Virus record (IMG/VR): IMGVR_UViG_3300042291_000463
Coordinates: 1 to 42,754 of that record
Length of the DNA: 42,754 nucleotides
Strand: one strand, 5' to 3'
From: a virus
Lineage: Duplodnaviria; Caudoviricetes
Below the pieces are notes generated by a model. It was not told where the DNA came from. It did not search any database and saw only the letters and a list, made by a program, of their open reading frames with translations. Numbering within the stretch: the first letter of the stretch is position 1; every line of letters starts with the position of its first letter. This document shows positions 8,890 to 19,291 of this stretch, one piece after another. The position numbers were made by a program, and so were the translations under genes.

Positions 8890-11800
8890 ATGGCAATAAG
8901 TAATCTATTAACGGGCAGGGTAAGGGTTGTAAGCCCAAAAAATGTAACATCTGATAGGTATCAATTCTTAGATTTATCTCAGGCTGAACCAAATTTGGGA
9001 GTACCACCCTTCTCTGCATCTCTATTAACTAATCCTGCGATAATAGTTTCCGATGACCAAGGTAATAGAGGATTTGCAAAAAAACTATTTTTAGAAGAAT
9101 TTAGTGGGTCTTTTTCTGGTTCATTCCAAGGAGATGGTAGCAAATTAACAAATGTACCATCCGTTGTAGCTCCGTTTATAGCAAGTGGTTCGGCAACTGC
9201 ATCTTTTAAATCAAATGGTCTTAATGTAAATACCGATACAATAATTGAGGGAAACCTCTATGTGAGTAAATCGATTATAGCAGACCAACTTATAGTAAAT
9301 GTAATTTCATCTTCTATAATATATTCATCCGGTTCAAATATATTTGGTAACACCAATGATAATATACAACAATTTACTGGATCTGTAAGAATAGAAAGTG
9401 AATTAATTGGTAATAATATTACCGGTTCATCATTTACCGGTTCTTTTACCGGTTCATTTTTTGGAGACGGTACAAATTTATTTAACTTACCGAAAGCAAC
9501 TAGATTAGCAAGTGGTAGTATAACGGCATCAGTTTCTCCGGATACCGGATTTGTAGTTTTATCAGAAATTAGTGGGTCAACGTTTACGGGTTCTTTATTT
9601 GTAAGTGGAAATATTACTATACCATCTGGTAGTGGATATTTTAGTGGAAGCGGTGAGGGTTTATTTAATATTCCTGAATCTGCATTATCGTTTTCTCCGT
9701 ATAAAATCGTAAGTGGTAGTGTAACTGCATCGGTATCTCCTAATTTTGGATTTAGAGTAGAATCACAAGAAAGTGGTTCTCAATTTACAGGTTCTTTATT
9801 TGTAAGCGGTACAGTATCGGCATCTTTATTTAGAGGAGATGGTAGTGGATTATTCAACATCCCCGCATTAACATCGACGTTAATAGCAAGTGGTTCTGCA
9901 ACCGCATCGATTTCACCAAACAAAGGATTTGAAGTAAATACTGCAGCAACTATTAATGATTTTTTAATAGTAACTGGTAGTGGTATTTTTAAATCAACTG
10001 TAACAGCATCAATGTTTAGTGGTAGTGGTAGAGGATTGTTTGATATACCTCGTTCTGCTTTAACTCCCGATGCATTAACAGCAACGATAATTGCAACTGG
10101 TAGTGTAACCGCATCAGTTTCACCTCAATATGGGTTTAGAGTAGAATCATCTTTAAGTGGTTCTCAATTTACTGGTTCATTATTTGTAAGCGGTGGAAAT
10201 ATACAAGTAGCAACCGGTTCGTTCTTTAGTGGTAGTGGTAGAGGTTTATTTGATATTCCACTTTCAGCATTAGCATCTCAGGTTTTATTAACTACGGTAA
10301 TCGCAAGTGGTAGTGTATCTGCATCGGTTGCACCTAATACAGGATTTGTAGTAACTTCAATAAATAGTGGAAGTACGTTTACAGGTTCGTTATTCGTAAG
10401 TGGAAATGTTGAATTATTTACTGGCTCATTTAGTGGTAGTGGTGACAAGTTATTTAATATACCAATTTCCGCTCTTAGAGATTTAGACCTTTCAAGAATT
10501 TCAAGCGGTAGTGTAACTGCATCCATATCACCTGATTATGGGTTTAGAGTAAATACGTTTTCTACATTTAGTGGAAGCATGATAATATCAGCATCAACTG
10601 CATACTATCCACCTGAATCTTTGAATACGGTATTCAATGTAACAAATGATTCTAGTGCGGCTTATCGTTTTAACGGTGATTCTATAAACCAAAATCCAAC
10701 ATTAACGTTGGTTAGAGGTGTAACTTATACATTTAATTTAAATGCATCTGGCCATCCATTTTATATTAAAACAACTCAATCTAGTGGTACTGGAAATACA
10801 TATGATACCGGTGTAACAAATAATGGAATTGATTCTGGTACATTAACATTTAATGTTCCACCAAATGCACCTGATACACTTTATTATAATTGCCAATTCC
10901 ATTTATCAATGGGTGGCGTAATTAATATTGTAGATGCCATTTTACAAAGAGCTCCAGAAGTTAAGATTATAGGAGATGTGATTATTAGTGGTAGTTTAAA
11001 TATAAGCAAACCTGCGATATTCAAAACAACCGTATCGGCATCTATGTTTACTGGAAGTGGTGCTGGATTATATGATATTCCTCGTTCCGCATTTACCGGT
11101 GATTCATCCAGAATTGCAAGCGGAAGTATAACTGCGTCTGTGGCACCTGATTATGGATTTAAAGTAGAAGCAGGAAATGTTGGTTCACAATTTACTGGTA
11201 GTGTTGATATAAGTGGTAGTCTTAGAGCACGTACTATTATATCTAATGAAATAAGTGGTTCTGATATCAGTGGTTCATTTCAAGGAGATGGTAGTAGATT
11301 AACTGGAATAGTAGTACCACCGCCAGTTGCAACCGCAATTGTTTCTGGTTCAGTAACCGCATCAGTTGCGCCTGATAAAGGATTTATTTTAACTTCGGTT
11401 GATTTTGGTTCTACTTTAATTGGCAACGTTACGATTAGCGGTTCTTTATTTATAAGTGGCTCTAGAGGTGTTGAATTATCTACCGGTTCATTTAGTGGTA
11501 GTGGGGCTAGATTATTTGATATACCTCGTTCGGCATTAACTCCTGATGCATTATTAACAACGGAAATCAAATCCGGTTCAGTAACCGCATCGGTTGCACC
11601 TAATAGTGGATTTGTAGTAACTTCGATAAATAGTGGTAGTACTTTTTATGGAGAATTAAGAGTTATTACCGGTTCATCTTTCTCTGGTAGTGGTGCTAAA
11701 TTATTTGATATCCCAATTTCGGCACTTTCGAATTTAGATACATCAAAAATATTTAGTGGTAGTGCAACTGCATCAATTTCTCCAAATAGAGGATTTGAAG

Positions 11801-14800
11801 TATTTGCGGCAGTATCAAATTTCTCTGGTTCAATATCAGCATCAGTATTTAGTGGTAGTGGTAAAGGATTGTTTGATATACCACAATCTGCATTATCATC
11901 TGAAGTATTTAGAATAACAAGTGGTAGTGTAACCGCATCAGTATCTCCTAATTTTGGATTTGTTGTTAATTCTTTTCAAAGTGGTTCATCATTTAGTGGT
12001 AGTATATTAATTGATTCATCTTCATTCATATTTTCTGAAGGTACTTATTTAAGAAATATCCCACGTTCAGCATTAACACAAGATGCATTAATATCTACGG
12101 AAATTAAATCTGGTTCAGTTACAGCATCTGTTGCACCTGATTATGGGTTTAGAGTAATTTCAATTGAAAGTGGTTCTCAGTTTAGTGGAAGTTTATTTGT
12201 AAGTGGTGGCTACATCAGAGTTGAAACTGGTTCATTCTTTAGTGGAAGTGGCGAGGGATTGAGTAATATTCCAGAATCTGCTTTATCATTTAAAATTAAT
12301 AGAATTGCAAGTGGTTCTGCAACAGCATCAATTGCACCTGATTATGGGCTTAGAGTAAACACATTCTCTACAATTAGTGGAAGTTTTATAGTTTCATCAT
12401 CTGCAAGAGTAATACCTGATTATGAAATAGATAAGGTATTTATCGTAACAAATGATGGCAGTGGTTTATATAATATAAGTAATAAATTAGTAAGTGGCTC
12501 AAATCCAACTTTAACTTTAGTAAGAAATGTAAATTATACATTTAACGTAAATGCATCCGGCCATCCATTTTGGATTAAGACGGTAAATAGTACTGGTACT
12601 TCAAACGCATATACTACTTGGGTAGATAATAATGGTGAAGATGTTGGTAATGTAACATTTTTAGTTTCTGGTAGTGCACCAGATACCTTATATTATAATT
12701 GTCAATTACACTCATCTATGGCGGGTACAATCAATGTAGTAGATGCATTATACATACCTGCTGAAATAAAATTAATTGGTAATACAAAAGTTGAAGGAAA
12801 TTTAACAGCATCAATGTTTAGTGGTAGTGGTAGAGGGTTATTTGATATACCGTTTGCAAACATAACAGGAGATGCATTTAGAATCGCAAGTGGTAGTGTA
12901 ACCGCTTCGGTAGCACCTGATTTTGGTTTTAGAGTAGCATCATTTGAAAGTGGTTCTGATTTTAGTGGAAGCATTAGAATTGATTCCGCATCTTTCATTT
13001 ATTCGGAAGGTACTTATTTAAGAAATATTCCAAGAGCAGCACTAACGGAAGATGCATTAGTATCATCGGAAATTAAATCGGGTTCAGTAACCGCATCGGT
13101 AAGTCCTGTTTATGGATTTAGAGTAATAACTCCATTCACATCTTCATTTGATGAGTTTAGTAATATATTCACTGCTTCAATCGCTTCTCAATTTACTGGC
13201 TCGGTTGATATAAGTGGTAGTTTATTTATAAGTGATATAAGTGGTGGTTTATTTATAAATTCATCTTCATTCATTTACGCAGAAGGTACTTATTTAAGAA
13301 ATATTCCAAAATCGGCATTAACTCAAGACGCATTAATATCAACTGAAATTAAATCCGGTTCGGTAACCGCTTCGGTATCACCTGATTATGGGTTCAATGT
13401 AATTACACCATTCACTGGCTCAGAAGTTGGTTCTAGATTCACTGGTTCGGTTGAAGTTAGCGGTAGTATTAGAGCAACCGAATACATTTATGGTGATGGT
13501 AGATTTATTACCAACGTACAAGCAGCAGCGGCACCTTTAATAGCTAGTGGTTCTGCAACTGCATCTGTAACAAGTGGTGAAATATTCCAAGTAGTAACTA
13601 CAAAACTTGGTGAACAAATTGGGTCCGAATTTACCGGTTCAATAGAAGTTAGTGGCTCAGTTGTTGTAAAAGATTATATATTTGGTGATGGTAGATATAT
13701 TACAAATGTATTTGCACAAGCAGCCCCATTTATAGCAAGTGGTTCGGCAACTGCATCGGTATCAAGTGGACGTAGATTTATAGTAAAAACGAATGAAACC
13801 GGCTCATTAATAGGTTCTGAATTTACCGGTTCAATCGAAGTTAGTGGTTCAATTAAAGCAAGTACATTCTTATTTGGAGATGGTAGATTTATTACAAATG
13901 TACAAGCATCAGCAGCTCCGTTAATCGCAAGTGGTTCAGCAACTGCATCTGTAACAAGTGGTGAAATATTCCAAGTAATAACTGCAGTATCTTCTGGTTC
14001 ATATCAATCTCAATTCACATCATCGGTAGCTATTAGTGGTTCAATAACCGCATCTCTTTATTATGGAGATGGCGGTGGATTATTTAACATCCCCCCGGAT
14101 GCGATTGAAAACTTAGAATTAGAAAAAATCAATTCCGGTTCTGGTACTGCTATAATTGACCCTACTAAATTAAGTGTAAACGTACCAATAACAGCGGCAC
14201 TTTATATAGGTGATGGTGGGGGATTATTTAACATCCCTGCTAATGCATTACAAGACCTTAAATTGGATAGAATTATATCAGGTTCAGTTCAAGCGGTAAT
14301 ATCTCCAAACAAAGGATTCGAAATTGGAACTAGAACGTTTGTTTCTGGTAATTTAAGTGTTAGTGGTGGATTATTTGTAACCGGTGGAAATGTATTATTA
14401 TCATCCGGTTCAACTTATTATGGTGATGGTAGTGGTTTGACAAACATTAATATAGCTAACTTATCATTTGAAACATTCTTATTAAAGAGTGGTTCTGCAA
14501 CTGCATCTATTTCACCTAATAATGGATTTGTAGTTAATACATCTTCATTTGTTTGGGGAGATTCGTATGTTGATAGAAATTTAAGAGCAAATAGTATAAC
14601 TGGTAGTAGTTATATTTTCTCTCCATTAATTAGTGGTTCATTTTTAGGAACTTATAACTTCCAAGGACTAGGACCTACTGCATCTGTAGAATATGATATT
14701 TTAAGATATGATGAAAATAGAGGATATTTTATCCCTCAACCTGAAACGTCATTAACTGAAACCGTTTCATTTAATAATGCAAGTGAAATAACTATTGTAC

Positions 14801-17800
14801 ACAATTTGGAAATACTTTATCCAATGGTGCAAGTTTACGCTACTGGTTCGGAAGCACAAATTATACCATCCACCGTTGAATCGATTGATGAAAATACTAT
14901 AAAGATTACATTTAGTGGATTGACAAGTGGGCATGCTGTAATTGGTAGCGGTGGTTCGTTGGTAAATGGTACGATACCTGGTGATAGAGTAATTGGTAAT
15001 GTGTTATCGGCTTCATATGCAGTTAGAGCGGGTGTAGCTGAAAGTATTGTTGGATTTAATTCCGCATCGTTAGCAGCTTTGGGTGATTTAGAAAATTTTG
15101 TAAGAAATTCTCAAACAGCTTCGATGTCTGTATTTAGGGCGGTAAGTTCTTCTTACGCATTAACGGCATCATACGCATTAAATGCAGGACAAGGTGGTGG
15201 TACTGAATTATTTATATACCAAACCAGTTCATTGGTAAAAGCACAAGTAGGAAAAATTCATTTTACTGGCTCTGGTGTTAATGTGATATCGTCTGGTTCG
15301 GATGGGGTATTGGTAACCATATTAGGAGGTGGTGGTGGTGCTGGTGCTGGTGATTTACTTAGTTCGCAAACTTCTTCAATGAGTGTGTTATTTGCACAAA
15401 CTGCATCGTTAGCATTCACTGCATCATACGCTCTATACGCTTTAAATGCGGAAGGGGTAAATACAGCATCATTTTTACAAGTAAATAAAGATAGTAATAT
15501 AAACGCTAATTTAACTATTAGTGGTAGTTTAGGAGTTAGTGGTAGTGTATTAATAGGAACATTAGTTTCTGGTTCATCGGAGAATGTGGTAGTTTGGAAT
15601 AGTTCAACGAAGAAATTAGAAACAAGAAATATAGCAGGCGTACAAGGTTCATCTGGATTAGATGGCTCGGCCGGTACATCTGGAACCGAAGGTTCTGCGG
15701 GTACTTCTGGAACATCTGGAACATCTGGAACCGAAGGTTCGGCTGGTACTTCTGGTACATCTGGAACAAGTGGAAGTGAAGGTTCTTCTGGAACTTCTGG
15801 AACGGAAGGTTCGGCAGGTACATCAGGAACTTCGGGAACTTCTGGTACATCGGGAACATCTGGTACAACCGGTTCTGAAGGAACATCAGGAACATCAGGT
15901 ACAAGTGGCACAACGGGTAGTGATGGTACATCAGGAACTTCTGGAACTTCTGGAACTGAAGCTTCGGCTGGAACTTCGGGAACTTCTGGTACTTCTGGAA
16001 CAAGTGGAAGTGAAGGTTCTTCTGGAACTTCGGGCACTAGTGGTACAAGTGGGTCATCTGGAACGTCAGGAACAAGTGGTACATCGGGAACTTCTGGAAC
16101 TTCTGGTACTGCTGGAACTTCGGGAACTTCTGGTAGCACTGGTTCATCCGGGTCATCAGGAACTTCTGGTACATCCGGTACATCCGGAACTTCTGGTAGT
16201 GAAGGTTCTAGTGGAACATCAGGAACATCAGGAACATCAGGAACATCAGGAACATCTGGTACGGGTGGAAGTTCTGGTACAAGTGGTACTAGTGGTTCAA
16301 CTGGTACTGCAGGTAGTGCCGGAACTTCGGGAACATCAGGAACATCTGGTACATCGGGAACATCTGGAACAAGTGGTGGAGCCGGTACGGATGGTACATC
16401 GGGAACTTCTGGTACTTCTGGTACTTCCGGTGAAAATGGAAGTAGTGGTACTTCAGGAACTTCGGGAACTGCTGGAACTTCCGGTAGTGATGGTATATCG
16501 GGTTCATCGGGTACTTCGGGTACTTCTGGAACATCTGGTTCAGCCGGTTCATCTGGAACGTCAGGAACAACTGGTTCTGCCGGTTCTAGTGGAACTTCTG
16601 GTAGTAGTGGTACATCGGGAACTTCTGGTAGTGAAGGTTCATCAGGAACATCTGGAACATCTGGAACGTCAGGAACTTCTGGTACAACCGGTAGTGATGG
16701 TACATCAGGAACTTCTGGTACATCCGGTTCGGCAGGAAGTTCTGGAACATCAGGAACTTCTGGTACAACGGGTAGTGATGGTACATCAGGAACTTCAGGA
16801 ACAACTGGTTCGGATGGAACGAGTGGAACATCTGGAACATCAGGAAGTGATGGCACTTCCGGAACATCGGGAACTTCTGGTACAACTGGCTCTGCTGGTA
16901 CAAGTGGAACATCAGGAACTTCTGGTAGTGATGGAACATCGGGAACTTCTGGTAGTGATGGAACATCAGGAACTTCTGGAACTTCTGGAGTTGGTACTGA
17001 TGGAACGAGTGGAACTTCTGGAACTTCTGGAATAGATGGCTCATCTGGAACATCTGGTAGTGATGGAACATCAGGAACTTCTGGTACAAGTGGAACTTCA
17101 GGAACAAATGGGTCTGAGGGAACTTCGGGTACTTCTGGTATAAATGGTACTTCGGGTACTTCTGGAACAAATGGTACATCTGGTACTTCTGGAACTGATG
17201 GGACAAGCGGAACATCGGGTACTAATGGCTCGGAAGGAACTTCTGGTACGAGTGGTATAGATGGCTCATCAGGAACTTCAGGAACAAATGGTAGTAGTGG
17301 AACTTCTGGTAGTGATGGAACTTCTGGTACTTCTGGTACGAGTGGAAGCGGCGGAACATCGGGAACATCGGGAACTTCTGGTATAGACGGAACATATTTT
17401 GGTAGTAGTGGAACTAGTGGAATAAGTGGCACGGATGGCACGAGTGGTACATCTGGAATTGATGGTACATCGGGTACAAGTGGTACATCGGGAATAGATG
17501 GTACATTCTTTGGTAGTAGTGGTACATCAGGAATAAATGGAACTGATGGAACTTCAGGAACATCTGGTAGTGATGGTACATCTGGTACATCTGGAACATC
17601 AGGAACTTCTGGAACATCTGGAGTTGATGGTACAATGTTTGGAAGTAGTGGTACAAGTGGTACATCTGGTGAAAGCGGCACAAGTGGAACTTCTGGAGTT
17701 GGTACTGATGGAACGAGTGGTACATCCGGAACTTCAGGTGCAGATGGAACGTTTTTTGGAACAAGTGGGACAAGTGGTGCGGATGGAAGTAGTGGTACGA

Positions 17801-19284
17801 GTGGTGCCGGTTCATCTGGAACTTCTGGAACTTCTGGTACCTCTGGAACATCTGGAGTTGATGGAACATTCTTTGGCAGTAGTGGTACTAGTGGTGAAAG
17901 TGGAACTAATGGAACTTCTGGAACATCTGGAATAGAAGGTACATCTGGTACTAGTGGAACTTCTGGGTTAGACGGAACATTCTTTGGTAGTAGTGGAACG
18001 AGTGGTTTAATTGGAACGGACGGAACATCCGGAACATCGGGGGCCAGTGGTTCATCTGGAACATCTGGCACATCAGGAACTTCAGGATTTGACGGAACAT
18101 TCTTTGGTAGTAGCGGAACATCAGGAACTTCTGGTACTTCTGGTACATCGGGAGTTAGTGGCTCATCTGGTACATCGGGTACTTCTGGAACATCTGGTGT
18201 TAATGGTACAATGTTTGGTAGTAGTGGAACTTCTGGTACATCCGGTACATCGGGAACTTCTGGTGAAAATGGTAGCAGTGGCACATCCGGTACATCTGGA
18301 ACATCTGGTGTTAATGGTACAATGTTTGGAAGTAGTGGTACGAGTGGAGAGAGTGGTACATCGGGAACATCTGGAGAAAATGGAACAAATGGAGTTAATG
18401 GTACATCAGGAACTTCTGGAACTTCTGGAACATCTGGTGTTAATGGTACAATGTTTGGAAGTAGTGGTACATCGGGTTCAAATGGTGCTACGGGTACAGC
18501 TGGCGCAGATGGTTCTTCGGGAACTTCTGGAACAAACGCTCCGGGATTTTCATCCGGAACTTCGGGAACTTCTGGGGTAAGTGGTAGTAGTGGTAGTAAT
18601 GGTGCAGCTGGTACATCTGGAACAAACGCACCAGGATTTTCATCTGGCACAAGCGGTACAAGTGGTGCAAGTGGTTCGGCAGGAACTTCCGGAACAAACG
18701 CTCCGGGATTTTCATCTGGTACATCAGGAACTTCTGGAATTAACGGAACCGGTGGAAGCGGAGGAACGAGTGGTACATCTGTTCCTGGTGTAACATCGGG
18801 AACATCGGGTACTAACGGATTCCCAGTTACGGGAACAACTAATAATGGAGTACTTACTTATATAGATAGTCCAGTTGGTTCTCAAGTAGAATCTAATTTA
18901 ACGTTTGATGGTACTAATTTATCTGTAACGGGAAATATAGTATCTTCTACCTATATAAGTTCTACAACATTTAGAGAAACATATTCAGACCAAGGAACTG
19001 GAGGAAGCATAACATTTGACCTATCAACTGCAAATAACTTTAGAAGACAATTTAATGGTACATCTACGATTGCATTTTCAAATCCACCAGTATCAAACGC
19101 ATTTGGGTTTACTTTAGTGGTTGTAAATGCGGGCTCATATTCTATAACATGGCCAGCTGAAATTGATTGGGTAGGCGGAATTGCTCCTATATTAACATCA
19201 TCCGGTGTAGATGTTTTAGTATTCTATACTTATAATGGTGGTGGTTCGTATTACGGATTTGTAACCGGTAAAAATTTAAGTTAA
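8890..19284 (+). CDS. Giant fibre-like structural protein (3464 aa): SGSxTAS repeats, two cupredoxin-like domains, long Gly-X-Y region, C-terminal fibre domain
   Basis: About 23 repeats SGS(V/A)TAS(V/I)xP..GF..FTGS..GxGxGLFxIP (~9180-14620), two GHPF...YYNCQxHxSM domains, Gly-X-Y triplets at 15637-18819, and a C-terminal ITWP..W.GG.AP.LT..GVD domain typical of phage fibres. Followed by a tail-fibre chaperone gene. Confidence 0.85.
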   Translation: MAISNLLTGRVRVVSPKNVTSDRYQFLDLSQAEPNLGVPPFSASLLTNPAIIVSDDQGNRGFAKKLFLEEFSGSFSGSFQGDGSKLTNVPSVVAPFIASGSATASFKSNGLNVNTDTIIEGNLYVSKSIIADQLIVNVISSSIIYSSGSNIFGNTNDNIQQFTGSVRIESELIGNNITGSSFTGSFTGSFFGDGTNLFNLPKATRLASGSITASVSPDTGFVVLSEISGSTFTGSLFVSGNITIPSGSGYFSGSGEGLFNIPESALSFSPYKIVSGSVTASVSPNFGFRVESQESGSQFTGSLFVSGTVSASLFRGDGSGLFNIPALTSTLIASGSATASISPNKGFEVNTAATINDFLIVTGSGIFKSTVTASMFSGSGRGLFDIPRSALTPDALTATIIATGSVTASVSPQYGFRVESSLSGSQFTGSLFVSGGNIQVATGSFFSGSGRGLFDIPLSALASQVLLTTVIASGSVSASVAPNTGFVVTSINSGSTFTGSLFVSGNVELFTGSFSGSGDKLFNIPISALRDLDLSRISSGSVTASISPDYGFRVNTFSTFSGSMIISASTAYYPPESLNTVFNVTNDSSAAYRFNGDSINQNPTLTLVRGVTYTFNLNASGHPFYIKTTQSSGTGNTYDTGVTNNGIDSGTLTFNVPPNAPDTLYYNCQFHLSMGGVINIVDAILQRAPEVKIIGDVIISGSLNISKPAIFKTTVSASMFTGSGAGLYDIPRSAFTGDSSRIASGSITASVAPDYGFKVEAGNVGSQFTGSVDISGSLRARTIISNEISGSDISGSFQGDGSRLTGIVVPPPVATAIVSGSVTASVAPDKGFILTSVDFGSTLIGNVTISGSLFISGSRGVELSTGSFSGSGARLFDIPRSALTPDALLTTEIKSGSVTASVAPNSGFVVTSINSGSTFYGELRVITGSSFSGSGAKLFDIPISALSNLDTSKIFSGSATASISPNRGFEVFAAVSNFSGSISASVFSGSGKGLFDIPQSALSSEVFRITSGSVTASVSPNFGFVVNSFQSGSSFSGSILIDSSSFIFSEGTYLRNIPRSALTQDALISTEIKSGSVTASVAPDYGFRVISIESGSQFSGSLFVSGGYIRVETGSFFSGSGEGLSNIPESALSFKINRIASGSATASIAPDYGLRVNTFSTISGSFIVSSSARVIPDYEIDKVFIVTNDGSGLYNISNKLVSGSNPTLTLVRNVNYTFNVNASGHPFWIKTVNSTGTSNAYTTWVDNNGEDVGNVTFLVSGSAPDTLYYNCQLHSSMAGTINVVDALYIPAEIKLIGNTKVEGNLTASMFSGSGRGLFDIPFANITGDAFRIASGSVTASVAPDFGFRVASFESGSDFSGSIRIDSASFIYSEGTYLRNIPRAALTEDALVSSEIKSGSVTASVSPVYGFRVITPFTSSFDEFSNIFTASIASQFTGSVDISGSLFISDISGGLFINSSSFIYAEGTYLRNIPKSALTQDALISTEIKSGSVTASVSPDYGFNVITPFTGSEVGSRFTGSVEVSGSIRATEYIYGDGRFITNVQAAAAPLIASGSATASVTSGEIFQVVTTKLGEQIGSEFTGSIEVSGSVVVKDYIFGDGRYITNVFAQAAPFIASGSATASVSSGRRFIVKTNETGSLIGSEFTGSIEVSGSIKASTFLFGDGRFITNVQASAAPLIASGSATASVTSGEIFQVITAVSSGSYQSQFTSSVAISGSITASLYYGDGGGLFNIPPDAIENLELEKINSGSGTAIIDPTKLSVNVPITAALYIGDGGGLFNIPANALQDLKLDRIISGSVQAVISPNKGFEIGTRTFVSGNLSVSGGLFVTGGNVLLSSGSTYYGDGSGLTNINIANLSFETFLLKSGSATASISPNNGFVVNTSSFVWGDSYVDRNLRANSITGSSYIFSPLISGSFLGTYNFQGLGPTASVEYDILRYDENRGYFIPQPETSLTETVSFNNASEITIVHNLEILYPMVQVYATGSEAQIIPSTVESIDENTIKITFSGLTSGHAVIGSGGSLVNGTIPGDRVIGNVLSASYAVRAGVAESIVGFNSASLAALGDLENFVRNSQTASMSVFRAVSSSYALTASYALNAGQGGGTELFIYQTSSLVKAQVGKIHFTGSGVNVISSGSDGVLVTILGGGGGAGAGDLLSSQTSSMSVLFAQTASLAFTASYALYALNAEGVNTASFLQVNKDSNINANLTISGSLGVSGSVLIGTLVSGSSENVVVWNSSTKKLETRNIAGVQGSSGLDGSAGTSGTEGSAGTSGTSGTSGTEGSAGTSGTSGTSGSEGSSGTSGTEGSAGTSGTSGTSGTSGTSGTTGSEGTSGTSGTSGTTGSDGTSGTSGTSGTEASAGTSGTSGTSGTSGSEGSSGTSGTSGTSGSSGTSGTSGTSGTSGTSGTAGTSGTSGSTGSSGSSGTSGTSGTSGTSGSEGSSGTSGTSGTSGTSGTSGTGGSSGTSGTSGSTGTAGSAGTSGTSGTSGTSGTSGTSGGAGTDGTSGTSGTSGTSGENGSSGTSGTSGTAGTSGSDGISGSSGTSGTSGTSGSAGSSGTSGTTGSAGSSGTSGSSGTSGTSGSEGSSGTSGTSGTSGTSGTTGSDGTSGTSGTSGSAGSSGTSGTSGTTGSDGTSGTSGTTGSDGTSGTSGTSGSDGTSGTSGTSGTTGSAGTSGTSGTSGSDGTSGTSGSDGTSGTSGTSGVGTDGTSGTSGTSGIDGSSGTSGSDGTSGTSGTSGTSGTNGSEGTSGTSGINGTSGTSGTNGTSGTSGTDGTSGTSGTNGSEGTSGTSGIDGSSGTSGTNGSSGTSGSDGTSGTSGTSGSGGTSGTSGTSGIDGTYFGSSGTSGISGTDGTSGTSGIDGTSGTSGTSGIDGTFFGSSGTSGINGTDGTSGTSGSDGTSGTSGTSGTSGTSGVDGTMFGSSGTSGTSGESGTSGTSGVGTDGTSGTSGTSGADGTFFGTSGTSGADGSSGTSGAGSSGTSGTSGTSGTSGVDGTFFGSSGTSGESGTNGTSGTSGIEGTSGTSGTSGLDGTFFGSSGTSGLIGTDGTSGTSGASGSSGTSGTSGTSGFDGTFFGSSGTSGTSGTSGTSGVSGSSGTSGTSGTSGVNGTMFGSSGTSGTSGTSGTSGENGSSGTSGTSGTSGVNGTMFGSSGTSGESGTSGTSGENGTNGVNGTSGTSGTSGTSGVNGTMFGSSGTSGSNGATGTAGADGSSGTSGTNAPGFSSGTSGTSGVSGSSGSNGAAGTSGTNAPGFSSGTSGTSGASGSAGTSGTNAPGFSSGTSGTSGINGTGGSGGTSGTSVPGVTSGTSGTNGFPVTGTTNNGVLTYIDSPVGSQVESNLTFDGTNLSVTGNIVSSTYISSTTFRETYSDQGTGGSITFDLSTANNFRRQFNGTSTIAFSNPPVSNAFGFTLVVVNAGSYSITWPAEIDWVGGIAPILTSSGVDVLVFYTYNGGGSYYGFVTGKNLS
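10630..10935 (+). other. Cupredoxin-like (type-1 copper) domain 1 within the fibre
   Basis: NPTLTLVRGVTYTF..ASGHPFYI...APDTLYYNCQFHLSMGG. His 10753, Cys 10891, His 10900, Met 10909. Confidence 0.65.
12436..12745 (+). other. Cupredoxin-like (type-1 copper) domain 2 within the fibre
   Basis: NPTLTLVRNVNYTF..ASGHPFWI...APDTLYYNCQLHSSMAG. His 12562, Cys 12700, His 12709, Met 12718. Confidence 0.65.
15637..18819 (+). repeat. Gly-Thr-Ser-dominated Gly-X-Y triplet repeat (~1060 aa)
   Basis: 9-nt degenerate periodicity (ggWacWtcN) translating to GTSGTSGTS, with interruptions in the distal part. Confidence 0.95.
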
Positions 19285-19291
19285 TAAAGTT

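Noticed and set aside
15258-18650. 1130-aa minus-strand ORF (VPEVPDVP...) and the overlapping alternative-frame ORFs
   Set aside because: Antisense and off-frame shadows of the GTS codon repeat, which lacks stop codons in those frames.
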